Part shown: in pieces, positions 24,454 through 37,183 of the stretch | Layout: the number at the start of each line of letters is the position of its first letter | Position numbering within the stretch: position 1 is the stretch's first letter | Source: Octopus bimaculoides | Taxonomy: Eukaryota | NCBI RefSeq assembly: GCF_001194135.2 | Contig: NC_069003.1 | Span: forward strand, 10,044,794 to 10,084,437 | DNA: 39,644 nucleotides | Reading direction: 5' to 3' | The notes under the pieces: model-generated | What the model was told of the DNA's origin: nothing | The model's input: only the letters and a program-made list of their open reading frames with translations | Database searches by the model: none | Made by a program: the position numbers and the translations under genes

Positions 24454-25336
24454 CTATATCTATATCTATATATATATACACACACACATACATATGCATA
24501 CACTACAAGCTTCTTTCAGTTTCTCTGTACCAAATTCACTCAGAAAGCTTTGGTCAACCAAAGTTATGATAGAAGACACTTATTCAAGGTGCCACGCAGT
24601 GGGACTGAACCTGAAACAAGCTGCAGCTCTGGATTCTTTGAGGATTCATAATAATGTCATGTATTTTGTTTCTATTTATTTTCAACAATGGATAAAATAA
24701 AAACATCATAACAATAAATAGAAATATATATATATAAAAAGAAAATTGCATAAATAAGCAAAAAAATGTATAATATAATATAAAAATATAAAAAAATAAC
24801 TCAACAAAATTATTTTTTTTATTGAAAATTCTTTCGTTTTTTTTTTTTTTTGTAAATATTCTTTTGTGTTGAAGATTCTCAATAATGTAGTGAAATAATA
24901 AGCATAAAAAAAAAACAAAAAAGGAAGAAAAATGTCAAAATTCTGTGAGAATAAAAATGCAAATAAAATTGTAAAAAAATAAATACTATATAAATTACAT
25001 AAAGAGTTGTTTTTGTTTTTTAGTTTTCGTATGATTAATTACTGGTATCTGTTTTTATGAAACATCTTATTTCCTTTTTATTCTTTTACTTGTTTCAGTC
25101 ATTTGACTGTGGTCATGCTGGAGCTTAGCCTCAAGGGGTTTTGGTTGAAGAATTTAATCCCAGGACTTATTCTTTGTAAGCCTTGTACTTATTCTATTGG
25201 TGTCTTTTGCTGAACCACTAAGTTATGGGGACATAAACACACCAACATCGGTTATGAAGCAATAGTGGGGGGACAGGCACATGCACATAAATATATACAT
25301 GTGTGTGTAATATACATATATATATATATATATACA

Positions 25337-25800
25337 TTGGGCCTCACCGAGGCGATGACTACTGACCGAGACCTTTGGAAATGTGCTGTGCGTGAGAAGA
25401 CCCGGCAAGCCAAGTAAGATCGTTGCCAGTGCCCCTGGACTGGCTCTTGTGCGGGTGGCACATGAGATGCACCATTTTGAGCGTGGCCATTGCCAGTACC
25501 GCCTGACTGGCTCCCGTAGGATTTTCGAGTGAGATCGTTGCCAGTGCCCCAGGACTGGCTTGTGCGGGTGGCACATAAAAGACACCATTTCGAGCGTTGC
25601 CGTTTTCGTGCGGGTGACACGTAAAAGCACCCACTACACTCTCTGAGTGGTTGGCGTTAGGAAGGGCATCCAGCTGTAGAAACTCTGCCAAATTAGATTG
25701 GAGCCTGGTGTTGCCATCCGGTTTCACCAGTTCTCAGTCAAATCGTCCAACCCATGCTAGCATGGAAAGCGGACGTTAAACGACGATGATGATGATGATG
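25337..25800 (+). mobile_element. 5'-truncated RTE 3' end
   Basis: Starts 'gggcctcaccgaggcgatgactactgaccgagacc' (end of the RT ORF; compare reverse complement of 10120-10160) and ends in (GAT)n. Confidence 0.8.
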
Positions 25801-26204
25801 ATACATACAATGGCTATTCTTTCAGTTTCTCATCAGATGGTGTCTGTGAATATTGATTAATAGGTATATACTGGTATTAATAAAGGAGTTTTGAGGTAAA
25901 AGAACATTCTAATTATATAGAACAATGCCAACGTCGTCTCCTTCATTCGACACGAAAATCGGCTTGCGAAGACCTGTTGGGGCAAGCAAACGCGAAATTG
26001 TGACGCCACCTGTGCCCAGCGTCGCCTTCCTGGCACTTGTGCCGGTGGCACGTGTAAAGACATTCGAGCGAGATCGTTGCCAGTGCCGCGGTTCGGCAAA
26101 AGAGGACGATAGAATAAGTACCAGGCTTACAACGAATAGGTCATGGAGGTCGACTTGTTCAACAAAAGGCGGTGCTCCAGCATGGCCGCAGTCAAATGAT
26201 TGAA

Positions 26205-28040
26205 ATATACGAGAAAACTAACGTTNNNNNNNNNNNNNNNNNNNNNNNNNNNNNNNNNNNNNNNNNNNNNNNNNNNNNNNNNNNNNNNNNNNNNNNNNNN
26301 NNNNNNNNNNNNNNNNNNNNNNNNNTAACAATAAATAGTGATGTGACAACAGATGTTACAGAAACCACAAGTAACTCAGACATTCCGACTTCTGTAGCGA
26401 GCGAAAACTATGTCACAACCGTGGTTACAGGTACGTTAGACAATAACACAGACATTACCACTTCAGTAACAAGAAAAACCGATGTGACAACTGATGTTAC
26501 AAGCACTTCAAACAGCAACTCAGATATTTCCATTTCTGTAACAAGCAAAACTAAAGTAACAACTGATGTTTCAGGTAAGTTAGACAGTAACACAAGCACT
26601 CCCACTTCTGTAACAATAAAAAGTGATATAACAACGTATGTTACAGACACATTAAACAGTAGCACATACATTTCCACTCCTGCAACAAACAAAAATAATA
26701 GGACAACAAACGTTACAGTTATGTTACACAGTAACACAAATACTCCCTCTTCAGTGTCTAACGAAAGCTATGCGACAGCTGAAGTTACAAATATATTAAA
26801 CAATCGCACATACNNNNNNNNNNNNNNNNNNNNNNNNNNNNNNNNNNNNNNNNNNNNNNNNNNNNNNNNNNNNNNNNNNNNNNNNNNNNNNNNNNNNNNN
26901 NNNNNNNNNNNNNNNNNNNNNNNNNNNNNNNNNNNNNNNNNNNNNNNNNNNNNNNNNNNNNNNNNNNNNNNNNNNNNNNNNNNNNNNNNNNNNNNNNNNN
27001 NNNNNNNNNNNNNNNNNNNNNNNNNNNNNNNNNNNNNNNNNNNNNNNNNNNNNNNNNNNNNNNNNNNNNNNNNNNNNNNNNNNNNNNNNNNNNNNNNNNN
27101 NNNNNNNNNNNNNNNNNNNNNNNNNNNNNNNNNNNNNNNNNNNNNNNNNNNNNNNNNNNNNNNNNNNNNNNNNNNNNNNNNNNNNNNNNNNNNNNNNNNN
27201 NNNNNNNNNNNNNNNNNNNNNNNNNGTTACAAATACATTAAACAGTAGCACATACATTTCCACTCCTGCAACAAACAAAAATAATGGGACAACTAACGTT
27301 ACAGTTATGTTACACAGTAACACAAATACTCCCTCTTGAGTGTCTAACGAAAGCTATGCGACAACTGAAGTTACAAATACATTAAACAGTAGCACATACA
27401 TTTCCACTCTTGCAACAAACAAAAATAATGGGACAACTAACGTTACAGTTATGTTACACAGTAACACAAATACTCCCTCTTCAGTGTCTAACGAAAGCTA
27501 TGCGACAGCTGAAGTTACAAATATATTAAACAATCGCACATACATTTCCACTCCTGCAACAAACAAAAATAGTGGGACAACAAACGTTACAGTTATGTTA
27601 CACAGTAGCACAGATCTCTCCACTTCTGTAACAAATGAAAGTAATGTAACAACAGATGTTACAGGAAGTGAAACTAAAGCCAACATCACCATGGATGTAA
27701 TATCTCATTCTAATATCACAACAGATGCTGTCGCAGTCACTTCCACATCTGTAACATACCAGAATCCATCTGAATGGCAATCTGTCACAGTGACAACGGT
27801 AGAAATGAGCACTGAAAGTAATTCCGAAGCTCCATCGTTTCTCACCGATACAACAGATAATTCAGGTGAAGATTTAACAACGACTGAAGGCAACGTAGAC
27901 GCTGTTACAAAAGTTACTTACAGCGAAGAAATCACTACATATTTTACAGAAACAGGTAGAAATATAACAAGCGAACCCCCACATCACCTTTTTATTAACG
28001 CTGATATAGATCGTAGTATGTGCAATATAACATCTTAGTT

Positions 28041-28109
<69 letters not shown>

Positions 28110-30185
28110 TACCTCTATAGAGCGAGCAACAAGCGATAACATTACAGATCTGACCGCTATTATTACGACGCATGAAACTGCCCTCTATCAACATTGCAGA
28201 TCACGGTGCTGACACGGTAACATTTCAGACTGCTATTGACGACAATAAAAATCACGTGAGTAATCAATCCACATTGTAACGCGGCACATGTACTCACTAA
28301 TGTCGTGATAATCTCTACTATCATTGCTGACATTGTTACAGAACTGAGGACAGAACGTAAAACGAAACCACATCCTATAAATCAGGATCTTACTGGACGA
28401 CAAGCAATTGTAAGGCCCACTGATTACACAACACAAGCGGAAAGCATTAATAAGAAGCCATATCAAACAATTAGTGAACAGTAACGTAGTTAGGAGTGAG
28501 GTGAGTTAACATTGGGAGTAGTTCGACCCGGGGGGACGCTCTTGTGAGGGCAATACTTTTAGGTCTGCTGTATAAGCCTGTATAGGCTTGTAGCGACCTG
28601 GGAGAAGGGAACGACAAACTCAAGGGCTGCCTCAGATGGCACATACTTTAGTCACATGACTTCAGATAGAGTTACTGATGGGTTTAATAATCTAAGGAAA
28701 CAATGACAGTCAATTTGCTACTATTTCTGCTACTGTAACTACTACAAGTAATCCTTTTTACTATAAGCACACGGCTTGAAATTTTTGGGAAAGGGGCTAG
28801 TTGATTACATCGACTCCAGTGCGTAACTGGTACTTATTCCAATGACCCCGAAAGGATGAAAGGCAAAGTCGACCTCAGAGAAATTTGAACTCAGAACGTA
28901 AGAACGGATGAAATGCCGCCAAGTAGTTTGCCCGGCGTGCTAAAGATTCTGGCAGATAACTACTACGATTAATAAAGACACAGGTTACAACTTCGAAGAT
29001 CAGCAAGTCACAAGTAACGTGAAATGGTTACGATATTGCACCAAGGATCGCAAATATCGTAGTTGCGATTCCCGAACCGGGGTGGGTGGGTGCATTGAAT
29101 TCTTATGTAAAGGCATTTCATTTCACGTTGTTCCAGTCCGTTCAGCTGTAAATGCCCAACCCTGCGAAGTACTAACCTCACGTTCAGAGTTAGTTCTATA
29201 AGTCCTAGGGACACGAGACCGTAGTATCCAGGGGTTGATGAGGATGATGATGACGATGATGAAATCATTACTTATAATGGGGTAGATTTTACTATAAATG
29301 GTGTAACAATGAAAATGAGCTCTGGCTATGAGTAATGACGCTACATTATAAACAAATAATGCTATAACACATCAAAGTATAATTGATAGCAATCGCTCTT
29401 ACTGATACAAAGATACCTCCCCTTAGTATGACCGACAATAGTTTAAATAACATTATATGTTGAAACAACTGTAGTTAGAAGCACTAACCTCATATATGAA
29501 AATACTGACTGCATCATAGATAATACTATAACTTTTTACTGCTGATATATGAAAAAAAAAAATACACTGTTGATCGTATCACTAACCAAATTATTAATAC
29601 GAATATATTTTCTGAAATTAAACTGTCACACACGATAATCCTTCAGAAACATCTGTTGTAAATTCTACAAACGCTAAAGCAGCAACGACGAATATAACTA
29701 TGGCGTCCACTCAACTTCCGGAACAGGCGAAACTAATTTATTACAAATATTATGACATAGCCTGATATATTTTCCAGCTCAACCATTGCTGTCGATGTTA
29801 TTAAAAAAAAAAAATCTACATTTTTTCTACGTCTAAATACTCAGAATTTCAAAGTACGCTCAAAGAGAATAATTCGACAATGGAGACACTATAATATCGA
29901 TTTTTGTTATTACAGCTTCCCTCTAAACACTGGAACAAATATCCTAGACACGGCGGACCAACTTATTACTCTTACAAACAATCATATTATTACAGACGGT
30001 GTTACAATTAAAGCAACAGATTTGAATTCCATAGTTATCAACAGGTTCACTAGCGATAATGGCGTTAACGAAAACGTTACAGAAGTTACTTTAACAAGCA
30101 ACTCCCTAGTGAATCTCCCCACAAGCGATGTCATAACCAAACAGCAAAAATACAAAACAGTATATGTAAAAATATCATCCAACTA
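26205..30185 (+). pseudogene. Degenerate large mucin-like (Thr/Ser/Asn-rich) coding block
   Basis: Long Thr/Ser/Asn-rich frames (26328-26813, 27226-28038, 29630-29765, about 29920-30185) broken by TGA 27337-27339, TAG 28036-28038, frameshifts, and SINE insertions at about 28760-28950 and 29020-29260. Confidence 0.65.
26328..27660 (+). repeat. Coding tandem repeat: 72-bp monomers forming a 144-bp (48-aa) unit
   Basis: Unit start GTTACA at 26640, 26784, [gap], 27226, 27370 and 27514; older 24-aa monomers upstream. Confidence 0.92.
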
Positions 30186-31268
30186 AACATACAACTGATC
30201 CAAATTATAATAATAACTATTTGATTAAAAACCCTAACTTCTAACACTGAAAATAAACAAATGCTGAAACAAAAATTAGAAACACAGACAGAAAAAAGCA
30301 CAAATCTCTCTAATTTATTTTGCCATGAATATATGCAGAAATTACTGTTGTGTCTAAATAATGTCATTCTTTTTTTTTTTTTTTTGCAAAANNNNNNNNN
30401 NTTTTACACTGAAAGACATTGAAAATATCAAGTCGAGGTGTTGGGGCGATCTTACGGTACGAGTCCTAAATATCGGCCTTTTCCGTAAAACAAGAGCACA
30501 TCATAGAAAGCAAAACACATTGCATGCGACTAATATGTGACTAATTTGTTTGTTTAACTACCTTTAACAATAGTTATGAGAAAATTGTTTTTTGTCTGAA
30601 CACAAAAGTTATTCATTTTTAATGGTGAAACTCGAAGGAGATAAAGCTACGAACAGTAGCGTGTAAATAATGGGTTAACCCCACCACCTTAGGTGAAAAA
30701 AAAAGTTTTTTAGCCCGATGTTTGCAACCTATTATTTATAGCTTTATCTACTTCGAGTTGCATCATTAAAAACAATTTATTTCGTGTCGTTCGAAGTTTC
30801 TAAAGTGAGGGATAAAATCGCAGGAGTGAATCGGAGGTAGGGTCAAACATCTCACATTTCCGATCAACTACTCCGAGTACCGAGATCTGGTACTTGGGAA
30901 ATGGCTGGTTAACATTTTCAGTGATAGTCAAAGCGAGAAGATTCTCCCGTCCTTTTATCGTGTACCGTCTGGTACTTTCGAGTTGGGTAAAGCAAAAAGA
31001 CTCTTCTGTCCTTCCATTAACGAAGCTTCTAACTGTTGCTAGACCTCAGAGACCTCACCCTGAGCGGATAAATCTTTCACCTTTTACTAAAGATAACTGG
31101 TGTTCGTGGTAAGTAGCTTGCCTACCAATCACATGGTCCCGGGTTCATTCCCACTGCGTGGCACCTTGGGCGAGTGTCTTCTACTAAAGCCTCGGGCCGT
31201 TCAAAGCCTTGTCAGTGGACTTGGTAGACGGAAACTGAAAAAAAAAGCCCGTCGTATATATGTATATG

Positions 31269-31320
<52 letters not shown>

Positions 31321-31581
31321 TGTGTCTGTGTTTGTCCCCCCAAATCGCTTGACAACTGATGCTGGTGTGTTTACGTCCCCGTAACTTAGCGGTTAGGCAA
31401 AAGAATCGATAAAATAAGTACTAGGCTTACAAAGAATAAGTCCTGGGGTCGATTTGCTCGACTAAAAGGCGGTGCTCCAGCATGGCCGCAGTCAAATGAC
31501 TGAAACAAGTAAAAGAGTAAAGAGTATAGATGAAATAACTTACGTACATATTGCTTTAACGATGATCAACCAGTCAGCAGC

Positions 31582-31640
<59 letters not shown>

Positions 31641-33205
31641 AGGAGAGAGAGAGAGAGATACTTAATTATATGCATTCATAGCGAGAATGGAGAGTACTGA
31701 GAGGGTGTTAGTAAGAGAAAAGGGGTAGTAGTTAAAATAAATAAAAAAAAAGTTTCAGCAGCACTATGAGAAGGGATTGAATAGGACACATAGCAGTACA
31801 TATTTCAATAGTCTACATTGTGAGTTCAAATCTCACTGCTGTCAACTTTACCTTTTAATTATTTTTCGGGGTCCATAAAAAATGAAAATTATCATTCCAG
31901 GGTAGTAGATTGGCAAAATTAATAGAAGGATAGATACCTTGTGTTATTTGTCCCAGCTCTTTGCATTTTGAGAGCAACGTCTGTGATGACAGCCAATTAT
32001 GCCAGGTGGCCCAAGTCGCTAGCCTTTCTTTTGGATAAAACATTGGTGGTGCAGAGACTTACATGCATAGGTAGCTGTCAGTCTTCCTTAAAAAAAAAAT
32101 CTTTCTTAGGCAAGATCACATGTTCGTCGAAGGCCATCTGGTTATCCTTAAGTGGTGACTTGCGTGGTAACTTTGAAGTGAAGAAGAATTACGCAACATT
32201 CAACCTCGCTCTTTCGTACATGTTCATTTTCAACTCGATGGCAAGATCAGATCAAGACAACTGGGAATGGAGACGGATTCTGTGGATGACCAAAATGTCT
32301 TATTTGTTTCATCATGCTCGCTGAACTTAAAACAATGCGTAGAATTTTTCTTTGGTTTCCCAGGCTCAAAATATTTATTTCTAAACTTGGAGGTTCCATA
32401 AATGTTATTCTTTTATTTCTCTTATTTATTTCAGTCATTTGACTGCGGCCAAGCTGGAGCACCACCTTTTTAGTCGAACAAATCGGCGCCACGACTTATT
32501 CTTTGCAAGCCTAGTACTAATTCTATCGGTATCTTTTGCCGAATCGCTAAATTACAGGAGCGTAAACACATATACATCGGTTGTCAAGCGATGGTGGGGG
32601 GACAAACACAGACACACAAACACACACACACATGCACACATATAAATACAACGGGCTTCTTTCAGTCTCCGTCTACCAAATCCACTCATAAGGCTTTGGT
32701 AGGCCCGATGTTATAATAAAAGACACTTGCCCAAGGTGCTACGCAATGAGGCTGAACCCGGAACCATGTGGTTGGGAAGCAAGCTTCTTACCACACAGCC
32801 ACGCCTATACCTATATTAGTATAGATTAAACAGTTTTATATCATCACATATCACATAACTATTGCAAGTAATTTCTTAATAGCGCAGACCCGGGCGTTTA
32901 TCTCCCAAATTAATGCTTGTAAATGAGTTATACTAGAAGATTGTCACGAATGGATTGTTTTTGAGGACAAGTGCTCTTGATCCGAGTAGAACTGGAGCTA
33001 ATAAGAATAACAACAATAAAAGTCAATGGCTGTGTGATTCAGAAGCTCATTTGCCACCAGGTAGTTTTAATTTAAGTCCACTGTGCGACTCCTTAAGGAG
33101 CTGCCCTCTGCTATAATACCGGGACCGATCAATGCCCTATGAGTGAATTTGGTAGACAGAAACAGTGAGGAAGTCGGTCGTATATAAATAAATATATGTG
33201 TGTAT

Positions 33206-33258
<53 letters not shown>

Positions 33259-33560
33259 TCTTTGCGTTTATGTCCACACTGCTTAACACCTGGTGTTTGT
33301 TTATGTCGCAGTAACATAGTGGTTCGAAGAAGGGTGGACTGAGAGAATAATTGCCAGACTTAAAAAGAAAGACCCGGGATCGATATTTTTGAAAAAAATC
33401 TTCACGGCGGTGCTCCAGCGTGGCCACCGTCCAATGGCTGAAACGTAAAAAAATAAATAAAAGTTTAAAAATTTCATTTAGTGTTCCTGAATAAGTCATA
33501 ATATTAATGTCCAATAATCAATTATGTATTTTATGTTAAATGCACATCATTTAATTGCAG

Positions 33561-34103
33561 CATCTCCAGATGTAACCACAGTGACCGACCTAACCATAAA
33601 CACAAGACCAGCGTCAACAAACACTACCATAGTAACCATACCACCAACCGCAGAAAGTACCATGGAACCAATGTCATCATTCACAGAAAGTACCACGGAA
33701 ACAATGCCACAAACAACAGACAGTACCACGGTAACCATGCTAACAACCGGAGAAAGTACCATAGTAACCATGCCACCATCCACAGAAAGTACCTCGGAAT
33801 CAATGCCACCAACCACAGAGCGTACCACAGAGTCAATGTCACCAAGTACAGACAGTACCACAATACAATCATCATCACCACCACCACGAACAACAGCACC
33901 AGAAACAACAACACCAGATATAACAACAACACTAGATATAACAACAACACCAGAAACAACAACAACGCCAGCAACAACACCAACAACGACAACAGCAACA
34001 ACACAACCAACAACAGCAACAACACAACCAACAACAGCAACGACAACATCGACGACAGCGCCACCAACAACCAGGACGAGTACTACAGTAAAGACAACCC
34101 CAA
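33561..34103 (+). CDS. Mucin-type PTS exon (543 nt, phase 1-1)
   Basis: TTGCAG acceptor, A|GTAAGT donor; 181 stop-free codons dominated by T/S/P with 11-aa repeats (MPPSTESTSES-like). Confidence 0.8.
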
Positions 34104-34188
34104 GTAAGTGGAACTTGAAGCTCATGTGTTCATTTGTGGCTGGCTTTTTACACTGAAAGACATTGAAAATATCAAGTCGAGGTGTTGG

Positions 34189-34646
34189 GGCGTTTTTACG
34201 GTACGAGTCCTAAATATCGGCCTTTTCCGTAAAAAGTGTCTTCGGCGATCTTTACAAAAGATAGGCCTTTTCCGTAACACCCGCACGATCTTCACTACGG
34301 TGTCAAGGTTAGGGTTTTAGTGTCAGGGTTAGGGTTTTAGGGTTAGGGTTAGTGTTTAGGGTTAGGGTTACGGTTAGTGTTTAGGGTTAGGGTTANNNNN
34401 NNNNNGGTTAGGGTTAGTGTTTAGGGTTAGGGTTACGGTTAGTGTTTAGGGTTAGGGTTACGGTTAGGGACGGAATTCTCTAACCCAAACCCTAACCCTA
34501 AGCTTAATCCTAACCCTAACCCTAAACCCTTCAAAATAAATCGAGCTCTCTGTATGTCTTTCGTTTTTATGACGTCGTTTCCCTGTTTCTCTCCAACGCT
34601 TTTTACGGAAAAGGCCGATATTTAGGACTTGTACCGTAAGATCGCC
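34189..34646. mobile_element. Non-autonomous TIR DNA element with telomeric-repeat core and 8-bp TSD
   Basis: ~45-bp TIRs (GGCG..CTTACGGTAC.AGTCCTAAATATCGGCCTTTTCCGTAAAAA); GGTGTTGG at 34181-34188 and 34647-34654; TTAGGG-type repeats 34307-34469 and CCCTAA-type 34480-34530. Confidence 0.85.
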
Positions 34647-36264
34647 GGTGTTGGCATATATTCTTTGCTTGCACATTAGTGTCTCGAGGGCTAGGCTTCA
34701 CGGGTCTGGTTACTTGGTTCCCTTGGTGTATAAGTTACTAAGATCATAATATTCCACCTGAACGGAATGACTTTCTGTCGCAGTGTTATTCGTTTACAAC
34801 TGACTGGATTGAAGCAAGGTGAAATGAAGTGTCTTGCTCATAAACACAATGTGCCGCCCAGTCCGAGAATCGATCGTGAATGCTATATGCGTAACCCTAG
34901 ATACTACAGTCTCGAATTCTAGGACTCATAGGAGCAGTTATACGGTTTCCATAGCGTTCAAGTGACTGAACGCTATAACAACATCGCAACACTCTAAATG
35001 GTACTCCAATCCGTTGCAGGATTACTTATTTACAACAGAATGAAATAGAATATTGTGAAATAAAGATTTTTACTGAAGAATACAATGCACCACCCAGTCC
35101 AAGGATCGACCCCATGATCTTGAAATTGTGAGTGCAACACCCTAACCACTAGGCCATGTGTTCTCACGCTGTTTGGTTCAGTTCGAGTTTAATCCTACTG
35201 CGTGCCACTATAGTTATGTATCAGGCCAACCTTAGTCTTAGAATGAAGTTTGACAGATAGAAGCCTGTCAGAGGATTTGTCCCGGTTATTAGCTGGTATT
35301 CTTTGCCTATTGTTTCTTTAATATCTCCGCCACACCTATGGTTGACTTATAACGGAGTCCACTTTGGCATTAATCAAGATTTCCTATTTTCTCGACGCCA
35401 ATATTGCGGTCCTGAAAGAAATCAGAGATGAATTTTGTTTGACTCAGTATTAAAAAAAAATTTTGTAATCCTGGTTATGTTGTTGAGAGGATTTCTTTGC
35501 AGCCACGTGATTTTGGGTTCAGTCTCACTGCGTGACACATTGGGTGCGTGTCTTCTATAATAGCCCCGGGCCGGCCAATGTGAATTTGATACTAGGAAAC
35601 AGCGTGGAAGCCCGTTGTATAAAAACAGGCATTTGAGCTTCACAGCTACCAACCGTGTCAATTGTGAAACACAACTGCCGGTTTATATTGCTACTACATA
35701 AACCTGAAGATTGCGGAAATTATGAAAACATTTGTATTATCATAATATATAGTTTAAGGCGGTGTGCTGGCAGAGCCATTAGCATGTCAGAAAAAATGCT
35801 TGGTGGCATTTCGTCTGCTTTTGCGCTCTGAGTTCAAATTCCGCCGAGGTCGACTTAGCTTTTCATCCTTTCGGGGTCGATAATTTAAGTACCAGTGAAA
35901 CCCTGGGGTCGACGTGATCGACTAGTCCCTACCTCCAAAATGTCAGGCTTTGTGCCTCTAGTAGAAATGGATTATTATAATATGTAATTTCTGAGTTCAA
36001 ATTCCGGCGAGGTCGACTTTACCTTTCATCCCTTCGGGGTTGATAAATTAAGTAGCAGTGAAATACTTGGATCCATGTAATCAACTAGTCCCTTCCCCAT
36101 AAATTTTAGGCCTTGTGCCTTTAGTACAAAGGATTATTATAATATGTAATATTGTAAAACATACAAAAGTAAGACGTGAAAAATGTCGGAAACTGATTGA
36201 CTAACACACACACGCCCCCAACGCACGCACACAACCGAATTGACTCACTTCGTATTCATTTCAG

Positions 36265-36377
36265 CATCTCATAAAACATTGCAAGTGATGCTGGAACTAA
36301 AACTACCCTGGATTACTGCTTACCTAAGTAATACTTCGTCAGAATATCTTAGTTTAAAAGATGAGCTAAGAGGAAAC
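36265..36377 (+). CDS. SEA-domain-like exon (N-terminal half), probably the same gene as 33561-34103
   Basis: TTTCAG acceptor, AAC|GTGAGT donor; phase 1 start fits the PTS exon; reads SHKTLQVMLELKLPWITAYLSNTSSEYLSLKDELRGN, resembling the SEA pattern strand-W...L.N.SS.E(F/Y)..L...(I/L). Confidence 0.6.
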
Positions 36378-37183
36378 GTGAGTAAACATTATCACACTTT
36401 ATATCCCATGATGCAAGTCGACTTCTTAAATAGAACTTAAACCCTTTAAATACGGAAATGTTCAATAGGTTTAGTCAAAATTATTCTTTTAAGAAATTGG
36501 GTATTAATACTTCATATATATATGCTTAGCGGTATTTCGTCTGTCTTTACGTTCTGAGTTCAAATTCCGCCGAGGTCAACTTTGCCTTTCATCCTTTCGG
36601 GGTCGATAAATTAAGTACCATTTGTATACTGGGGTCGATCTAATCGACTGGCCTCCTTCCCCCAAAATTTCGGGCCTTGTGCCTAAAGTAGAAAAGAATT
36701 AGCCTACCTAAAAAGTAAAAACAAGCTTGATTATATACATACAAGTACACACACACACACGCACGCACTCTCACATATGCATGTATATATAAGTACGACG
36801 TACGAGTGTTGAGTTCTTTTGCCAAACAACCAGAACAACTGATTTGTTTACAGGGATCAAATTATGGGCCGTACATTAGCTCATTTCCTCCATCAGATCG
36901 ACGTTGCCTGGACAGGTGCACGGTGTATCATAAGTCAGGTGTGATTGCAGATCAACGTGAGATGAAGTGTTGTGCTCAATAATACAACACACCAGCCGGT
37001 CGAGGAATTGAAACCATGATCTCGCGATCGTGAGTGCAACACTCTAGCCACAAGGCCATGCATTCTCATATATTATATATATATGAGCACCTGCATTGCT
37101 AGAAATAATACTTAAAAACCTTAAAGCCGCAAAGAAACACATGTCTATGTCCTGACAGGGGAGATAACCGTCCCACAACGAGC

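Noticed and set aside
25921-25962. MPTSSPSFDTKIG as the true start of the mucin exon, split off by a repeat insertion
   Set aside because: Too short to verify, and the frame cannot be followed across the insertion and gap.
27337-27339. Selenocysteine or programmed readthrough at the in-frame TGA
   Set aside because: Sibling repeats have TCA at this position, other lesions follow, and I saw no SECIS-like structure.
28670-28715. Second hammerhead-like string (CTGATGG...GAAAC...GTC)
   Set aside because: Core mismatch and neither stem I nor stem II pairs.
31941-32324. 127-aa ORF with coding-like composition
   Set aside because: No recognisable motif or consistent splice sites; could be a decayed fragment but is unsupported.
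33547-34125. Val-rich minus-strand ORFs (also 6981-7337 and 26408-26737)
   Set aside because: Antisense shadows of Thr-rich plus-strand coding sequence.
34307-34530. Telomere-telomere chromosome fusion site
   Set aside because: The repeats lie inside TIRs with a perfect 8-bp TSD in an intron, so insertion explains them better.
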